Assembly: GCA_022840695.1 (NCBI GenBank)
Contig: JALHDC010000004.1
Location: 22,907-86,906, forward strand
Length of the DNA stretch: 64,000 nucleotides
DNA from: a bacterium
GTDB taxonomy: Bacteria; Patescibacteriota; Dojkabacteria; SC72
Reading direction: 5' to 3'
Part shown: in pieces, positions 47,367 through 58,775 of the stretch
Numbering within the stretch: the first letter of the stretch is position 1
Layout of the letters: every line of letters begins with the position of its first letter
Position numbers and translations under genes: made by a program
Notes under the pieces: generated by a model
Seen by the model: only the letters and a program-made list of their open reading frames with translations
Database searches by the model: none
What the model was told of the DNA's origin: nothing

Positions 47367-48506
47367 ATGTATTTTAACATGATGATTGATGTAATAATAG
47401 CATTAATAGGGGGCATACTACTTGGTATTGGACTCTTCTATATACTCAAAAGAGGACAAGGAGTAAATGGGGATGATGTGAAGGATAGTATAGAGGAAAA
47501 GTTAGAGGAGATAGTGCCAAAAGCATTGATGGAAGCTAATGAATATTTGGTTAGGACAGCTAGAGAATCTTTAGCATCAGAAAGTAAGCAGAATAAGATA
47601 GATTTTGAAAATAAAAGAGAGGAAATATCTAGAATGGTAAAAGGTTTGGAGGAGTATTTAAAAACTGCAGAAAAAGAAAGGATAGATTCATTTTCTAGTT
47701 TAAAAACTTCTGTAGAGGAGAGTAGGAAGATTACAGAACAACTTTCTGTTAGTACAGAAAGTTTGAAGAAGGTTCTTTCAAATAATCAACTAAGAGGACA
47801 ATTTGGAGAACAGGTAGCAGATGATCTTTTAAAAATGGCTGGTTTTGTAAGGGGTGAGGATTATGAATTTAATAAAGAACAGGCCGGTTCTGAAACAAGA
47901 CCTGATTTTGCAATATTTCTACCAGATAGAACTAGAATAAATGTAGATTCAAAATTCCCATATGCCAACTTACAGAGAATGTCGGAAGCTGAAGATAAGG
48001 AAAGCAAAGAAAAATATATGAAATTGTTTGAGAAAGATGTTAGAGAGAAGATTAAGCAGGTTACATCTAGAGATTATATTAGTCCAGAGGACAAAACTGT
48101 TGATTTTGTAATACTGTTTATTCCTAATGAAATGATATTTTCATATATATACGACAAGATGCCTGAACTTTCACAGGAGGCTATGGCAAGCAAGGTGGTA
48201 TTAGCAGGCCCTTTTAGTTTTACAGCTATGCTAAGAATGATTAAACAATCGTATGAGAACTTTAGAGTTCAGAAGAATATATATAATATCATTGGTCATG
48301 TAAAAGCATTTGAAAAGGAGTTTGATACCTTCTCTGGAGAATTTTATAAAATAGGGGATAGGATAGGGTCATTACAGAAGCAGTATGAATCTGTAAGCAG
48401 TACTAGATTTAATCAATTAGTAAGGAGAATAGATAAGGTAAAACAGGAGGGAATAGGGGATGGAGAAGAGAAGGAGCAGAAGATATTGATTGATGTGGTA
48501 CCTTAG
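47367..48506 (+). CDS. rmuC: DNA recombination protein RmuC
   Basis: RGQFGE, RPD, VDSKFP, DFVILFIPNE. Confidence 0.92.
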   Translation: MYFNMMIDVIIALIGGILLGIGLFYILKRGQGVNGDDVKDSIEEKLEEIVPKALMEANEYLVRTARESLASESKQNKIDFENKREEISRMVKGLEEYLKTAEKERIDSFSSLKTSVEESRKITEQLSVSTESLKKVLSNNQLRGQFGEQVADDLLKMAGFVRGEDYEFNKEQAGSETRPDFAIFLPDRTRINVDSKFPYANLQRMSEAEDKESKEKYMKLFEKDVREKIKQVTSRDYISPEDKTVDFVILFIPNEMIFSYIYDKMPELSQEAMASKVVLAGPFSFTAMLRMIKQSYENFRVQKNIYNIIGHVKAFEKEFDTFSGEFYKIGDRIGSLQKQYESVSSTRFNQLVRRIDKVKQEGIGDGEEKEQKILIDVVP

Positions 48507-48528
48507 AGGGGGACAATATTATTTGACA

Positions 48529-49176
48529 CTACTTTATTAATTCTCCGTTTTTTAGGATTAGAACTTCTCCTAGAATCTCTATTTTTCCATCATCAACAAA
48601 TATTCCATTGTTGTCTTCACATAAGTAAATAGTTCTTTCCTCATTAATCTTTGAGTAGTCAATAAATTTTTCAATAAGATGTCTTTTTACTTGAAGATGA
48701 GGTAAGAATTCGAAATCCACTAAGCCCATACCTTGTAAATCCTCATCCTTGTATACCTCTTCTGTGTAGACCACCCTCTTTATTTCAAAATGTGGAGTCA
48801 TAACATAACTTCCTGCACTAATGCCAACCAAGATACCTCCTTTATCCAAAAACTGCTTGAGTGTTTTCTTGAAATCTCGTTTTTTAATATTTTTTGCAAA
48901 CTCAATGGTATCTCCACCTGAAAGATGAATCAAGTCACATGATAGAAGCTTCTCGATATCTCGTTCGTTATACTCCTCACCTAAATCAAAATATTGATAA
49001 TTTTTTACCCCATATTTCTTATACCAATCTTTTGTTCTATTAAAATATTTTCTAGTGGGATCTGAAACAGAAGGTATGTAGCCTATCCTTGCTAATTTAG
49101 GATTTAACAAAGAGAAGATCTTTTTATCTACAGGATTATTGAATGTGGTATGGTCACTGTGGAAAAATAATTTCAT
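48529..49176 (-). CDS. peptidase E (S51) family
   Basis: IGYIPS, LSGGDT, GISAGS, GLVDFEFLPH. Confidence 0.88.
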   Translation of the reverse strand: MKLFFHSDHTTFNNPVDKKIFSLLNPKLARIGYIPSVSDPTRKYFNRTKDWYKKYGVKNYQYFDLGEEYNERDIEKLLSCDLIHLSGGDTIEFAKNIKKRDFKKTLKQFLDKGGILVGISAGSYVMTPHFEIKRVVYTEEVYKDEDLQGMGLVDFEFLPHLQVKRHLIEKFIDYSKINEERTIYLCEDNNGIFVDDGKIEILGEVLILKNGELIK

Positions 49177-49221
49177 CAGATATATCAAATGATTTTAATA
49201 TGAACATTATATATGAAAAAC

Positions 49222-49249
49222 AAAAAGGGAGTACAGTGTACTCCCCTTT
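49222..49249 (-). terminator. intrinsic terminator
   Basis: GGGAGTAC-agt-GTACTCCC with U-tract on the minus strand. Confidence 0.7.
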
Positions 49250-49268
49250 AATACCATTCACTAGCTAA

Positions 49269-49820
49269 TTACTCTTTCTTTCCCCAAGCAAGTATACCTA
49301 ATAGCACAATATTTGCCACAGGTACTAATGCTAACAATCCTAATAGCTTGTCATAACCTCTCTTCTCACAAATATTCATAAGAGCGATTATCGAAAGAAT
49401 TCCAACCACCAATGCTCCAATTCCAGGAATTAATACAAGTAATATTAATAATGGATTCTGATCTCCCATTCTGAATAGTAAAACAACATTAAGAATAGGA
49501 ATCCATGCATACCAAGGATTTTCTTCATTTAATCTTTTAGCTATATTCATAAGTGCTAAAGAAGAAAATATATACATACCTAAGGATAGAGTTATCCCAA
49601 TGACTAAGGCAATTCCTCCAAATACTAAACCTGCACCAAGGAGTTCTTCCAAATTTTCAGTACTATCGTAAATAGGACCCGATCCATCCCAATAAATCAA
49701 ATCATCACTACTAGTTACTTCAAAATCCTCATCTGTTTGTGCATATGAAGGTAATGCTACAAATGATAGCGACATCATTGCCAAGATGAAGCATAATCCT
49801 AAATTAATTAGTTTTCGCAT
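49269..49820 (-). CDS. DUF5684-like membrane protein
   Basis: Signal peptide; IAKR...PWYAWIPILN; several TMs. Confidence 0.75.
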   Translation of the reverse strand: MRKLINLGLCFILAMMSLSFVALPSYAQTDEDFEVTSSDDLIYWDGSGPIYDSTENLEELLGAGLVFGGIALVIGITLSLGMYIFSSLALMNIAKRLNEENPWYAWIPILNVVLLFRMGDQNPLLILLVLIPGIGALVVGILSIIALMNICEKRGYDKLLGLLALVPVANIVLLGILAWGKKE

Positions 49821-49881
49821 AAAGTATATTTAATAAATTATATAAATATATTCTTCCATATTTGGAAATAAACCTCAATAT

Positions 49882-50490
49882 ATGTTAACTTATATATTAA
49901 TGAATGCCCCAATATTTAAAACAATAGAAGGTAAAAAGAATATACTTCTCTCCGCACCTCATGTATATGCCCATAGAAGGCCAAGATTAAGCATGGGATA
50001 TAAGTTGGGAGAACCATTAACGGACACCATTGTTGAAGATGTTTGTAGAAATATAAATAGCTGGGGTATTGTTCTTAAGGATGAATCTGATTTTGATGCT
50101 AACTATCACAAAGAAGATGATAATCCATATAAACAGGAAGTTAAGTTAATTGTAAAGAAACAGAAGATAAAATACTTCTTAGATATACATGGTTTAAAAG
50201 ATGGACAAATGTACGATATTGCTATCTACTATCCTACACAGTTTAGGAAATCGATAGAGTTAGCAAGAAGTATAAAGAATGGTTTAGATAAGGGAAAATT
50301 AAAGGGAGTAAATATAGCAATATTTAGATTTTTAGATAATCATCAGGAAACCTTAGGTGAATACTGTGCAAATAATCTAAGAGTACCTTCAGTACAAATA
50401 GAAATATCTAAATATATTAGAGAGAGCCAAAAGTTAAGAGACGAATTAGTGAATAATCTCTCAACAGTATTGGATAAACAGGTAATATAA
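49882..50490 (+). CDS. N-formylglutamate amidohydrolase-like Zn hydrolase
   Basis: LLSAPH, E..T, DAN, LDIHG, VQIEI. Confidence 0.7.
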   Translation: MLTYILMNAPIFKTIEGKKNILLSAPHVYAHRRPRLSMGYKLGEPLTDTIVEDVCRNINSWGIVLKDESDFDANYHKEDDNPYKQEVKLIVKKQKIKYFLDIHGLKDGQMYDIAIYYPTQFRKSIELARSIKNGLDKGKLKGVNIAIFRFLDNHQETLGEYCANNLRVPSVQIEISKYIRESQKLRDELVNNLSTVLDKQVI

Positions 50491-50587
50491 TATTATTATC
50501 GGTTAATTAAATTTTTTGTTTCATATTTTGACCTTCTCTCTCCACTCTGTTATTCTGAATATGTAATAAATTTATGTAAATATACTA

Positions 50588-51613
50588 ATGACAGCAACTG
50601 TTAAAAAGAAAATGGATCCTGAAATTAAGATGGATTCTCCAAAGAAAAAAGCTATAGAAATGGCTATATCTCAAATAGAAAAGCAATTTGGAAAAGGATC
50701 CATAATGAAGTTAGGAGAACAAACAAAAGTGGATGTAGATGTAATCCCAACAGGAGCACTTTCTTTAGATATTGCATTAGGAATAGGGGGTATTCCAAAA
50801 GGTAGAATAGTAGAAATATATGGGCCAGAGGCATCTGGAAAAACAACATTAGCTATCCATATCTTGACTGAAGCTCAAAGAAAAGGAGAGGCTGTAGCAT
50901 TCATAGATGCAGAGCATGCATTTGATCCAACATATGCAAAAAATATCGGTTTAAATATGGATGAATTGTATATATCTCAACCGGACTTTGGAGAACAAGC
51001 ATTGGAAATTTTAGAAACATTAGTAAGATCTGCAGCATTCGGTGTAATAGTTGTAGACTCTGTTGCTGCTCTAACTCCTAGGGCTGAAATAGAGGGAGAT
51101 ATGGGTGATAGTCATATGGGTCTTCAAGCTAGATTAATGTCTCAGGCTTTAAGAAAAATTACTGCAATATCTAGTAAAACAGGAACAACCATAATATTCC
51201 TTAATCAATTAAGAATGAAAATTGGAATAATGTTTGGTAATCCAGAAACAACCACAGGTGGAAATGCATTAAAATTCTATGCTTCGATTAGAATGGATAT
51301 TAGGCAGAAGGATAAAATACTTAAGGATGGAAAGTTAATAGGGCATTCTAGAAAAGTTAAAGTTGTTAAAAATAAAATGGCTCCTCCTTTCAAAGAGGCA
51401 ACCTTTAATATGATATATCCAAAAGGTATAGATAAAGAAAGTAGTATATTGGATGCCGCATTAGAATTGGGAGTAGTAGAAAAAGCTGGTGCATGGTTTA
51501 GATATGGAGATATACAACTCGGACAGGGTAGAGAGGCAACATCTGATTTCCTTAGAGAGGATAAAAAGCTTAGAGATAAGATAGAGAAGGAAGTTAAAGC
51601 AAAAATTAAATAA
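50588..51613 (+). CDS. recA: recombinase A
   Basis: [36 protein letters not shown]. Confidence 0.99.
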   Translation: MTATVKKKMDPEIKMDSPKKKAIEMAISQIEKQFGKGSIMKLGEQTKVDVDVIPTGALSLDIALGIGGIPKGRIVEIYGPEASGKTTLAIHILTEAQRKGEAVAFIDAEHAFDPTYAKNIGLNMDELYISQPDFGEQALEILETLVRSAAFGVIVVDSVAALTPRAEIEGDMGDSHMGLQARLMSQALRKITAISSKTGTTIIFLNQLRMKIGIMFGNPETTTGGNALKFYASIRMDIRQKDKILKDGKLIGHSRKVKVVKNKMAPPFKEATFNMIYPKGIDKESSILDAALELGVVEKAGAWFRYGDIQLGQGREATSDFLREDKKLRDKIEKEVKAKIK

Positions 51614-52266
51614 TGAAAGTAACAAAGCTCTCATCTCAAAAGAAGGATCCTTCTAGAGTCAATATGTATATTGATGATGAGTTTTTTTGTGGGATATCTT
51701 TAGATAATCTTGCTAAGTTTGGTATATATGTTGGAAAAGAGCTTCAAGAGGACGAGATTAATAAAATACAGGTGCATGAATTAAAGAATAGGTTTCTTTC
51801 AAGAGCTACTGAATACATCTCTAAATCTATAAAAACAGAATTTCAATTAAGAAGATATCTAAGAGATCTGTCCTTTAAGAAAAAAGATATATGGTACAGT
51901 AATATAGAGAAAGAGGAATTAGAAAAGATATTTAATGACATTATCCAAAAATTAAAACGATATGGATATTTAGATGATTCAGTATTTGCAGAGCAATTCA
52001 TACTATCTAGAATAAAGAATAAACCAAGAGGTAAGAATGTCCTAATATCCGAACTACTCTCCAAAGGTGTAAGTAAAGAGATTGCAGAAAATAAAGTAGA
52101 AGAATTGGTAGAAGATGAATACCAGATCTTAAAAGAGATTTATAGAAAAAAATATAAAGATGAGAAAATAGGTATTAATGATAGGAAAAAGATAGATTTT
52201 TTAAGAAGAAAAGGTTTTGATTGGGATTTAATTGAGAAATATATAAACAATGAGTTTACAGAGTAA
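51613..52266 (+). CDS. recX: RecX regulatory protein
   Basis: Directly after recA; GYLDD..FA, ELLSKGV, LRRKGF. Confidence 0.9.
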   Translation: MKVTKLSSQKKDPSRVNMYIDDEFFCGISLDNLAKFGIYVGKELQEDEINKIQVHELKNRFLSRATEYISKSIKTEFQLRRYLRDLSFKKKDIWYSNIEKEELEKIFNDIIQKLKRYGYLDDSVFAEQFILSRIKNKPRGKNVLISELLSKGVSKEIAENKVEELVEDEYQILKEIYRKKYKDEKIGINDRKKIDFLRRKGFDWDLIEKYINNEFTE

Positions 52267-53938
52267 AAGGGAATGGGTATTACCCAAGAAAAAAACAAAA
52301 GATATTGTAGAACATATATTAACAATTAGAAAAATTGAAGATAGAGATCTATATTTAAATCCTACAATAAAGAATATCCCTTCATATAAAAAACTTTTCG
52401 ATAGTAAAAAAGCTGCTAAAAAAATTATAAAAAGTATAGAGAATGGAGATAAAATAGTAATACATGGAGATTATGATGCAGATGGTATATGTGCAAGTAG
52501 CTTGTTATGGGAATTTTTGTATAGAGATGTCTCAAAGTTTTTAGATAAGAAGATAGATGTAGTACCATATATTCCAGATAGATTGGAGCAAGGATATGGA
52601 TTAACGAGAGATTCCCTTAATGATTTGGTTGATTTAGGTGCAAATTTAGTAATAACTGTAGACTGTGGTATTAGGGATAAAGAATTAATAAATGAATATA
52701 TTGAGGAGAAAGGATTACAATTTATAATTACAGATCATCATCAACCACCTAAGAATGTATTAAAAGATATTAAATATCCAATAGTTCATCAAATGTATCC
52801 AGAGAAAGAGTTTCCATATAAAGAAATTTCTGGAACATCTGTAGTATATCTATTAGTGCAGGCTATTAAGAATGAACTTGGTATGGAAATGGATCCTCTT
52901 AAAAGTTTAGATCTAGTAGCCCTCTCTACAGTTACAGATATAATGCCCTTGCAAGGAATAAATAGAGTATTGGTTAAATTAGGATTGGAAGAGATAAGGA
53001 AAGGAAAAAGACTTGGACTTAGGATGTTAGCATTAAGGGCTGGGATTGATCCTCCTGATATAGATACATATCATCTTGGCTATGTTTTAGGGCCTAGGAT
53101 AAATGCTGCTGGAAGAATAGCGTCTCCCATGGATGCTGTTAAACTACTTGTTAGTAAAGATGAAAATCAATGTAAGGAAATATCTAATGTCTTAGAAAAT
53201 ACTAATTTTGAAAGACAGAAAATGACCTCTGGGATATCGGAAGAAGCTATGAATATGGTTAAGGATAGTAAAGATAATTTAATTTTTGTATTAGGTACTA
53301 ATTGGCATGAAGGGATAATTGGTTTGGTAGCAGGAAAATTACAAGAGCAATTTTACAAACCTGTTATAGTAGCCACAAATAACGAGGGAGTTGTAAAAGC
53401 CTCTGCTAGGAGTATTAAGGGATTTAATATAACAAAGGCTTTAGAAAAATTTACTAAATATCTGGATAGGTATGGAGGCCATGAGTTAGCAGCAGGATTT
53501 ACTATGAAGGAGGAAGTTGTTGAAAAATTTAGAAAAGAATTAATTAAATATGCTAATGAAAAGATAAAGGAAGATGATTTAAAACCTAAATTAAAAATAG
53601 AGTTATTATTAAATACCGATGCTATTTCTATAGAACTTGTTAATGAATTAAAAAAGTTAGAGCCATTAGGATTTGGGAATCCAAAACCTTATGTTTGTCT
53701 TAAGAGTTTGGAGATAAAAAGGAAGAATGTAATAGGGAAAGAGGGAAATCATCTAAAGATTTTTGTTAAGGGAAACTCTATAGATTATCTAACATTACTT
53801 TTATTTGGTTGCAATGAAGATGTAGATACATTAAAGGAGGGAGATACGATAGATGTCGTTGGTTATCCCGATATCAATGTATGGAATGGAAACAAAAGTA
53901 TACAATTTAATGTAAAAGAGTGGCGGTATACTAATTAA
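52250..53938 (+). CDS. recJ: ssDNA exonuclease RecJ
   Basis: GDYDADG, TVDCG, TDHH, PRINAAGR, GGHELAAG. Confidence 0.97.
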   Translation: MSLQSKREWVLPKKKTKDIVEHILTIRKIEDRDLYLNPTIKNIPSYKKLFDSKKAAKKIIKSIENGDKIVIHGDYDADGICASSLLWEFLYRDVSKFLDKKIDVVPYIPDRLEQGYGLTRDSLNDLVDLGANLVITVDCGIRDKELINEYIEEKGLQFIITDHHQPPKNVLKDIKYPIVHQMYPEKEFPYKEISGTSVVYLLVQAIKNELGMEMDPLKSLDLVALSTVTDIMPLQGINRVLVKLGLEEIRKGKRLGLRMLALRAGIDPPDIDTYHLGYVLGPRINAAGRIASPMDAVKLLVSKDENQCKEISNVLENTNFERQKMTSGISEEAMNMVKDSKDNLIFVLGTNWHEGIIGLVAGKLQEQFYKPVIVATNNEGVVKASARSIKGFNITKALEKFTKYLDRYGGHELAAGFTMKEEVVEKFRKELIKYANEKIKEDDLKPKLKIELLLNTDAISIELVNELKKLEPLGFGNPKPYVCLKSLEIKRKNVIGKEGNHLKIFVKGNSIDYLTLLLFGCNEDVDTLKEGDTIDVVGYPDINVWNGNKSIQFNVKEWRYTN

Positions 53939-55269
53939 TTTTTGTTTATTAATTTCCCTAATCTATTAGGTGTATTTGGAAGATATGTTGTTTCCAAAAT
54001 ACTACCATAGCCGAGCATTTTCATTAATAATCTCTCTGTACCTATTGCAAATCCACCATGAGGAGGACAACCGTATCTAAAATAATCAAAGTAATCTTTT
54101 AATGATTCCTCAGTAATGTCTCTCTCTTTAGCATTTTCTATTATATTTTCTAATCTATGCTCTCTTTGTGCTCCTGTAGTTATCTCTATACCTTTCCAAA
54201 ATAGGTCAAACCCAAGAGCTAATTCAGGATTATTTGGATTCTTCATATGGTAGAAAGCTCTCTGTTTGTGAGGATAATCAATCATAAATAAAAATTCTGA
54301 TCCTGTTTCCTTTTCTACTATCTCAGATATTTTTCTTTCCTCTTCTGGAGAAAAATCTCCCTCATCTTTACTTTTTATTCCAGCTTTAGCAAGCTTTTCT
54401 TTTGCATCTTTTACTGTAATTCGTGGAAAACTATCTTTAGGTATTTTGATCTCTATATCAAATATTTTTTTAATTTCTTCCCCATATTTTTCTTTTACAG
54501 CCTCTAACATATATCTAAGCATCCCCTCCTCAAATTCGCATATGTCCTCATATGAATCTATATAACCTATTTCAACATCAAAACTTGTATATTCAGTTAG
54601 GTGTCTGGTTGTAAAGGATTTCTCTGCTCTAAAAACAGGACCAACATTAAAAACTCTCTCTAATCCAGCAGCTATACCCATTTGTTTGTGAAATTGTGGG
54701 GATTGAGCTAAGTATGCCTTTTTATCAAAATATTTAACCTCAAACACATTTGCTCCTCCTTCACTAGCAGCACTTATTATTCTAGGACCTTGAATCTCTA
54801 TGAGGTCATTAACAAGACAGTACTCTCTCAATTTAGCAGTCATTAATGTCGCTACTGACATCATTAAAGAATTCTTCTTCGATCTTAGATCAATCCATCT
54901 GTAATCTAATCTTCTATCTAATGCAGTAGTGTTATCATGATGCTCTTCCTCTATAACTATTGGTAATGGTGATTGAGCCAATGAATCTACCTTTATTTCA
55001 TTTATCTCTATCTCAAAACCTTGTTCAACCTGCTTGGCTTCTTTTAACTTCCCTGTTATATCTACAACAGACTCAGAAGTTATTCTTTTTACTTTTTCTA
55101 AAAGTGTTTTATCCTCTCCTCCCCATACTAAGGTTTGAACCTTTCCAGATTTGTCTCTAACAATTAAAAATATGATTTTACCTTGATCTCTTACTGTGTC
55201 TACTACACCTCTAACCCTTACTTCCTCTCCTATATGATCTTTTAATTCTGAAACAAGTAATCTTTTCAT
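53935..55269 (-). CDS. aspS: archaeal-type (probably non-discriminating) aspartyl-tRNA synthetase
   Basis: 444 aa, OB-fold, YLAQSPQ, FRAE, GAQREH, PPHGGF.IG.ER; no bacterial GAD insert. Confidence 0.92.
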   Translation of the reverse strand: MKRLLVSELKDHIGEEVRVRGVVDTVRDQGKIIFLIVRDKSGKVQTLVWGGEDKTLLEKVKRITSESVVDITGKLKEAKQVEQGFEIEINEIKVDSLAQSPLPIVIEEEHHDNTTALDRRLDYRWIDLRSKKNSLMMSVATLMTAKLREYCLVNDLIEIQGPRIISAASEGGANVFEVKYFDKKAYLAQSPQFHKQMGIAAGLERVFNVGPVFRAEKSFTTRHLTEYTSFDVEIGYIDSYEDICEFEEGMLRYMLEAVKEKYGEEIKKIFDIEIKIPKDSFPRITVKDAKEKLAKAGIKSKDEGDFSPEEERKISEIVEKETGSEFLFMIDYPHKQRAFYHMKNPNNPELALGFDLFWKGIEITTGAQREHRLENIIENAKERDITEESLKDYFDYFRYGCPPHGGFAIGTERLLMKMLGYGSILETTYLPNTPNRLGKLINKN

Positions 55270-55333
55270 TTAAATATTGTGTAAATTAATCATGCATTAT
55301 ATCTTATCTAGCAGCGATTTCTCAACTTAACAA

Positions 55334-56647
55334 TTACAAGATCCCACTCTTTTGCTGAACTACTGGTGCTGGCAAATCTATTTTGTCTTGAACAATATCA
55401 TAGCTAATTGCTGGATACATATATACAAAACTTCCCTTTACATCGTTTTCAAATATTGCTTCCCCTTGGATATAGTATATAGGTTGTAGGTATTCAAGCT
55501 CGGTTCTGTCTTCGTAGTAGTAGAGGAAGACATCTGTAATTGAGAATTTCTTCACTCTCTTTGGAGTATATTCTGAGACATCATCAGCATAATCTTCGTA
55601 TAAATAGGCTAAACTTCCTTCTCCTGATTGTACCTTTTCTATAGCTACCTGTGGTGATATTAATTCATATGTACCACATGATTCTATCTGTATTGGCCAG
55701 TATGTGTAATCTATTTGATATATCGAAGCATAGTTATCTTTAACCATTTCCCTGTCTTCCACACCAACATAGACTGATATGTTACTTTTTTGAGCTTGTG
55801 GAAACATAACTAATGTATTAAATGTATGAATCTCAATCCTCTCATCATTCACAATTTGACTCTCAACTTGATGAGTATTTGGCATCTTCCTGTTTAATGC
55901 TTGAACCATACTGTCTGCCCCAACAATGATTGAAGGTATAGTTATCATTGATTTGTTTCTAACAAAATCAACCCTAATTAAATTTGCTTCATCAAGTGAG
56001 GATACCCTAGTGAATGTCCCATCGGGCGTGACGTTTATGAGTTTAGTTTGGTGATTACCTTTTTGATAGTCTTCTGAATATAATCCTAAACTTCTTAATG
56101 CATTCGCAGCTATTGATTTAGCTTCATTTTCAGTTGGTAAATTGCCAGTACTAGATACTTCTCTAATATACGAAGCTTCTGAAGTTAATTGAAAATTTAA
56201 GTTCTTTGCTTGAACAACAAGACTCTTTTTAATCTCTCTGTCAACCCAGACATAGCTATCAGTTCTCCTTATAACAGAATCAGGGTTAAACCCTATCTTA
56301 TTTGCCAAAATCTTGGCACTTGCTTGTGCACTTAGAGATTGGGTCGGATTATCAAATTTATATACATTTACAATCTCTGGTAATGAATCTATCTTTCCTG
56401 TATCTGTAAGTATCTCAAAAACCATTTCTGATCCATCTGCTAGTTTAAGGGAAGGAATTTCAAGTTTATGTTGTAAAAATTCGTCCCTCTTTTCGGTACA
56501 AGCATAATTAGCTGTTAGATATTGAGGAGGCATCAATTCTTCTCCTCCAAGAGTAACTGTTAGTATTACCACTACAAAAACAACAAAGGCCCCCAATGCT
56601 ATAACTCCGAATCTTTTTGTCCAAAATGCTGCCTCTGTTAAAGTCAT
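55334..56647 (-). CDS. membrane-anchored hypothetical protein
   Basis: N-terminal TM; YLQPIY C-terminal motif. Confidence 0.72.
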   Translation of the reverse strand: MTLTEAAFWTKRFGVIALGAFVVFVVVILTVTLGGEELMPPQYLTANYACTEKRDEFLQHKLEIPSLKLADGSEMVFEILTDTGKIDSLPEIVNVYKFDNPTQSLSAQASAKILANKIGFNPDSVIRRTDSYVWVDREIKKSLVVQAKNLNFQLTSEASYIREVSSTGNLPTENEAKSIAANALRSLGLYSEDYQKGNHQTKLINVTPDGTFTRVSSLDEANLIRVDFVRNKSMITIPSIIVGADSMVQALNRKMPNTHQVESQIVNDERIEIHTFNTLVMFPQAQKSNISVYVGVEDREMVKDNYASIYQIDYTYWPIQIESCGTYELISPQVAIEKVQSGEGSLAYLYEDYADDVSEYTPKRVKKFSITDVFLYYYEDRTELEYLQPIYYIQGEAIFENDVKGSFVYMYPAISYDIVQDKIDLPAPVVQQKSGIL

Positions 56648-56705
56648 GATATAATCTTAGCAGTAGTTTAATATCGTATCAACATTATATATTACATAGG
56701 TATTT

Positions 56706-58325
56706 ATGAGAACACCAGAGGAAAATAGGAAGTTAGCAGATATGTTGTTTCCTGAAGTGAAAGAATCTCCAGAAGATGTCTTTAAAAAATATCCCAAAAG
56801 GAATGTAGAAGGAATGGTTTTAAGATTTGCTCCTAGTCCTACAGGGTTTATCCATACAGGGAACATATATACAGGTTTTGTATCAACTAAATTAGCAAAA
56901 CAGAGCGGAGGAATATCCATACTTAGGATAGAGGATACGGATAAAAACAGGGAGATAGAGAATGGAGTTACCCAAATAGTACAAGCTTTAAAAGGATTCG
57001 GTATTGAATTTGATGAAGGAATGGAAGATGAAGATAATTGGAAGGGAGAGTATGGTCCATATATACAGAGTAAAAGGATTGATATATATCATGTATTTGC
57101 AAAAAATTTGGTATCTAAAGGTTATGCATATCCATGTTTCCTAACAGAGGAAGAATTAGAAGAGATCAGGCATAAGCAGGAGGAGTTGAAAGAAAGAACA
57201 GGATGCTATGGTAAGTGGGCGAAATACAGAGATGCATCAACGGAAGAAATAGAGGATCTATTAAATAAAGGAGGGAAATTCGTCATTAGATTATATTCCA
57301 CAGGAGATATAGAGGAGAGTTTTAATATGAAAGATCTTGTTAAAGGATCTGTGACTTTAAGAGAGAATGATATGGATGCAGTTTTACTAAAATCTGATGG
57401 GTATCCAACATATCATTTTGCTCATCCAATAGATGATACTTTAATGGGAATAACTCATATTACCAGAACTGATGAATGGTTTTCCTCTGTTTCTTTACAT
57501 GTAGAACTATTTGAAAAGCTTGGTTTTAAACAAATACCGTATGCACATCTTTCTCCATTAATGAAACTAGATAATGGGAAGAAGAGAAAACTAAGTAAAA
57601 GGAAAGATCCAGAATTTGCAGTTTCTTTCTACTTGGAAAATGGTTATCCTAAGAAAGCACTTTTAGAATATCTTTTAAATATTGCTAATTCAAACTTCTA
57701 TGATTGGAGAATACAAAATCCTCAAAAAGATATAGAAGAGTTTGAGTTAAAAATTGAAAAATTTAATAAAGCGGGTGCATTATTCGATGTTATTAAATTA
57801 GAGGATATATGTAAGAACTATATAGCGACACTCGCAGCACAAGAGGTATATGAAATGTCATTAGAATGGGCAAGAGAGTATGATGAAGAATTAGCAAAGT
57901 TATTAGAGGAAAACAAAGATTATTGTATTAAGATCTTTAATATTGAAAGAACTGGTGAAAAAATTAGGAAAGATATTGCCAAATTTGGAGATATTAGAGA
58001 TCAGTTAGTAATATTTTTTGATGAATTATTGAATAATGTTGATATAGAAGACATTGAAGATAGGGTGGGGAAAGCAAAGCAAAAAAATATTTTGAATGAA
58101 TATTTAAAAGTCTTTAATATCTCCGATACTCAAGAAATTTGGTTTGAGAAAATTAGAAATCTAGCATCTGAGTTAGGATTTGAGAAAGTGGGTGATGTTG
58201 CTATGGTATTAAGAGTCGCAATAACACATAGAACAAGAACGCCAGATCTATACCAGGTTATGCAAGTATTAGGAGAGCAAAAGGTTCGAGAAAGAATACA
58301 AAAGTATGTTGATATGATGATATAA
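56706..58325 (+). CDS. gltX: glutamyl-tRNA synthetase
   Basis: RFAPSPTG.IHTGN, LRIEDTD, YPTYH, KLSKR. Confidence 0.95.
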   Translation: MRTPEENRKLADMLFPEVKESPEDVFKKYPKRNVEGMVLRFAPSPTGFIHTGNIYTGFVSTKLAKQSGGISILRIEDTDKNREIENGVTQIVQALKGFGIEFDEGMEDEDNWKGEYGPYIQSKRIDIYHVFAKNLVSKGYAYPCFLTEEELEEIRHKQEELKERTGCYGKWAKYRDASTEEIEDLLNKGGKFVIRLYSTGDIEESFNMKDLVKGSVTLRENDMDAVLLKSDGYPTYHFAHPIDDTLMGITHITRTDEWFSSVSLHVELFEKLGFKQIPYAHLSPLMKLDNGKKRKLSKRKDPEFAVSFYLENGYPKKALLEYLLNIANSNFYDWRIQNPQKDIEEFELKIEKFNKAGALFDVIKLEDICKNYIATLAAQEVYEMSLEWAREYDEELAKLLEENKDYCIKIFNIERTGEKIRKDIAKFGDIRDQLVIFFDELLNNVDIEDIEDRVGKAKQKNILNEYLKVFNISDTQEIWFEKIRNLASELGFEKVGDVAMVLRVAITHRTRTPDLYQVMQVLGEQKVRERIQKYVDMMI

Positions 58326-58337
58326 TATCTCCATTAA

Positions 58338-58408
58338 TGCCGGATCGTCTAATGGTAGGACGACGGTCTCTGAAACCGTTAATTCTAGTTCGAATCTAGG
58401 TCCGGCAA
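58338..58408 (+). tRNA. tRNA-Gln(CTG)
   Basis: TGCCGGA/TCCGGCA acceptor (U1-A72); ACGGT-CT-CTG-AA-ACCGT. Confidence 0.94.
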
Positions 58409-58411
58409 TTT

Positions 58412-58765
58412 CTATTCAAATGTCGGTTTTAATCCAAATGATTTTCCTGGGCTTAGCTCAACAGTTATTGGAGATTCTCTATTTTCTATCTTTATTGCAA
58501 ACTCTTTTCCCTCTTCATCCGGAATAGCTTCATATTCTCTGATTTCCGGATCAGTCAGGGTTTCCAAATATGCTTTATAGGATACATTCCCATTTTCATC
58601 TTGGAATCTTGCTAAACCAATTAATTGATATTTAAAGCATACTCCTAAAAGTGAAGCTTTAGTGCTTTCTGTTTCTTTTCCTTTTAAAAGTTGATCAAGT
58701 GTATCTCTATATATTCTTAAGGTTCGTTCTGTTTGATCTTCAGGTTCTTTATTCCACCATTCCAT
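58412..58765 (-). CDS. hypothetical protein
   Basis: 117-aa ORF following pepF. Confidence 0.6.
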   Translation of the reverse strand: MEWWNKEPEDQTERTLRIYRDTLDQLLKGKETESTKASLLGVCFKYQLIGLARFQDENGNVSYKAYLETLTDPEIREYEAIPDEEGKEFAIKIENRESPITVELSPGKSFGLKPTFE

Positions 58766-58775
58766 AATAAATTTG

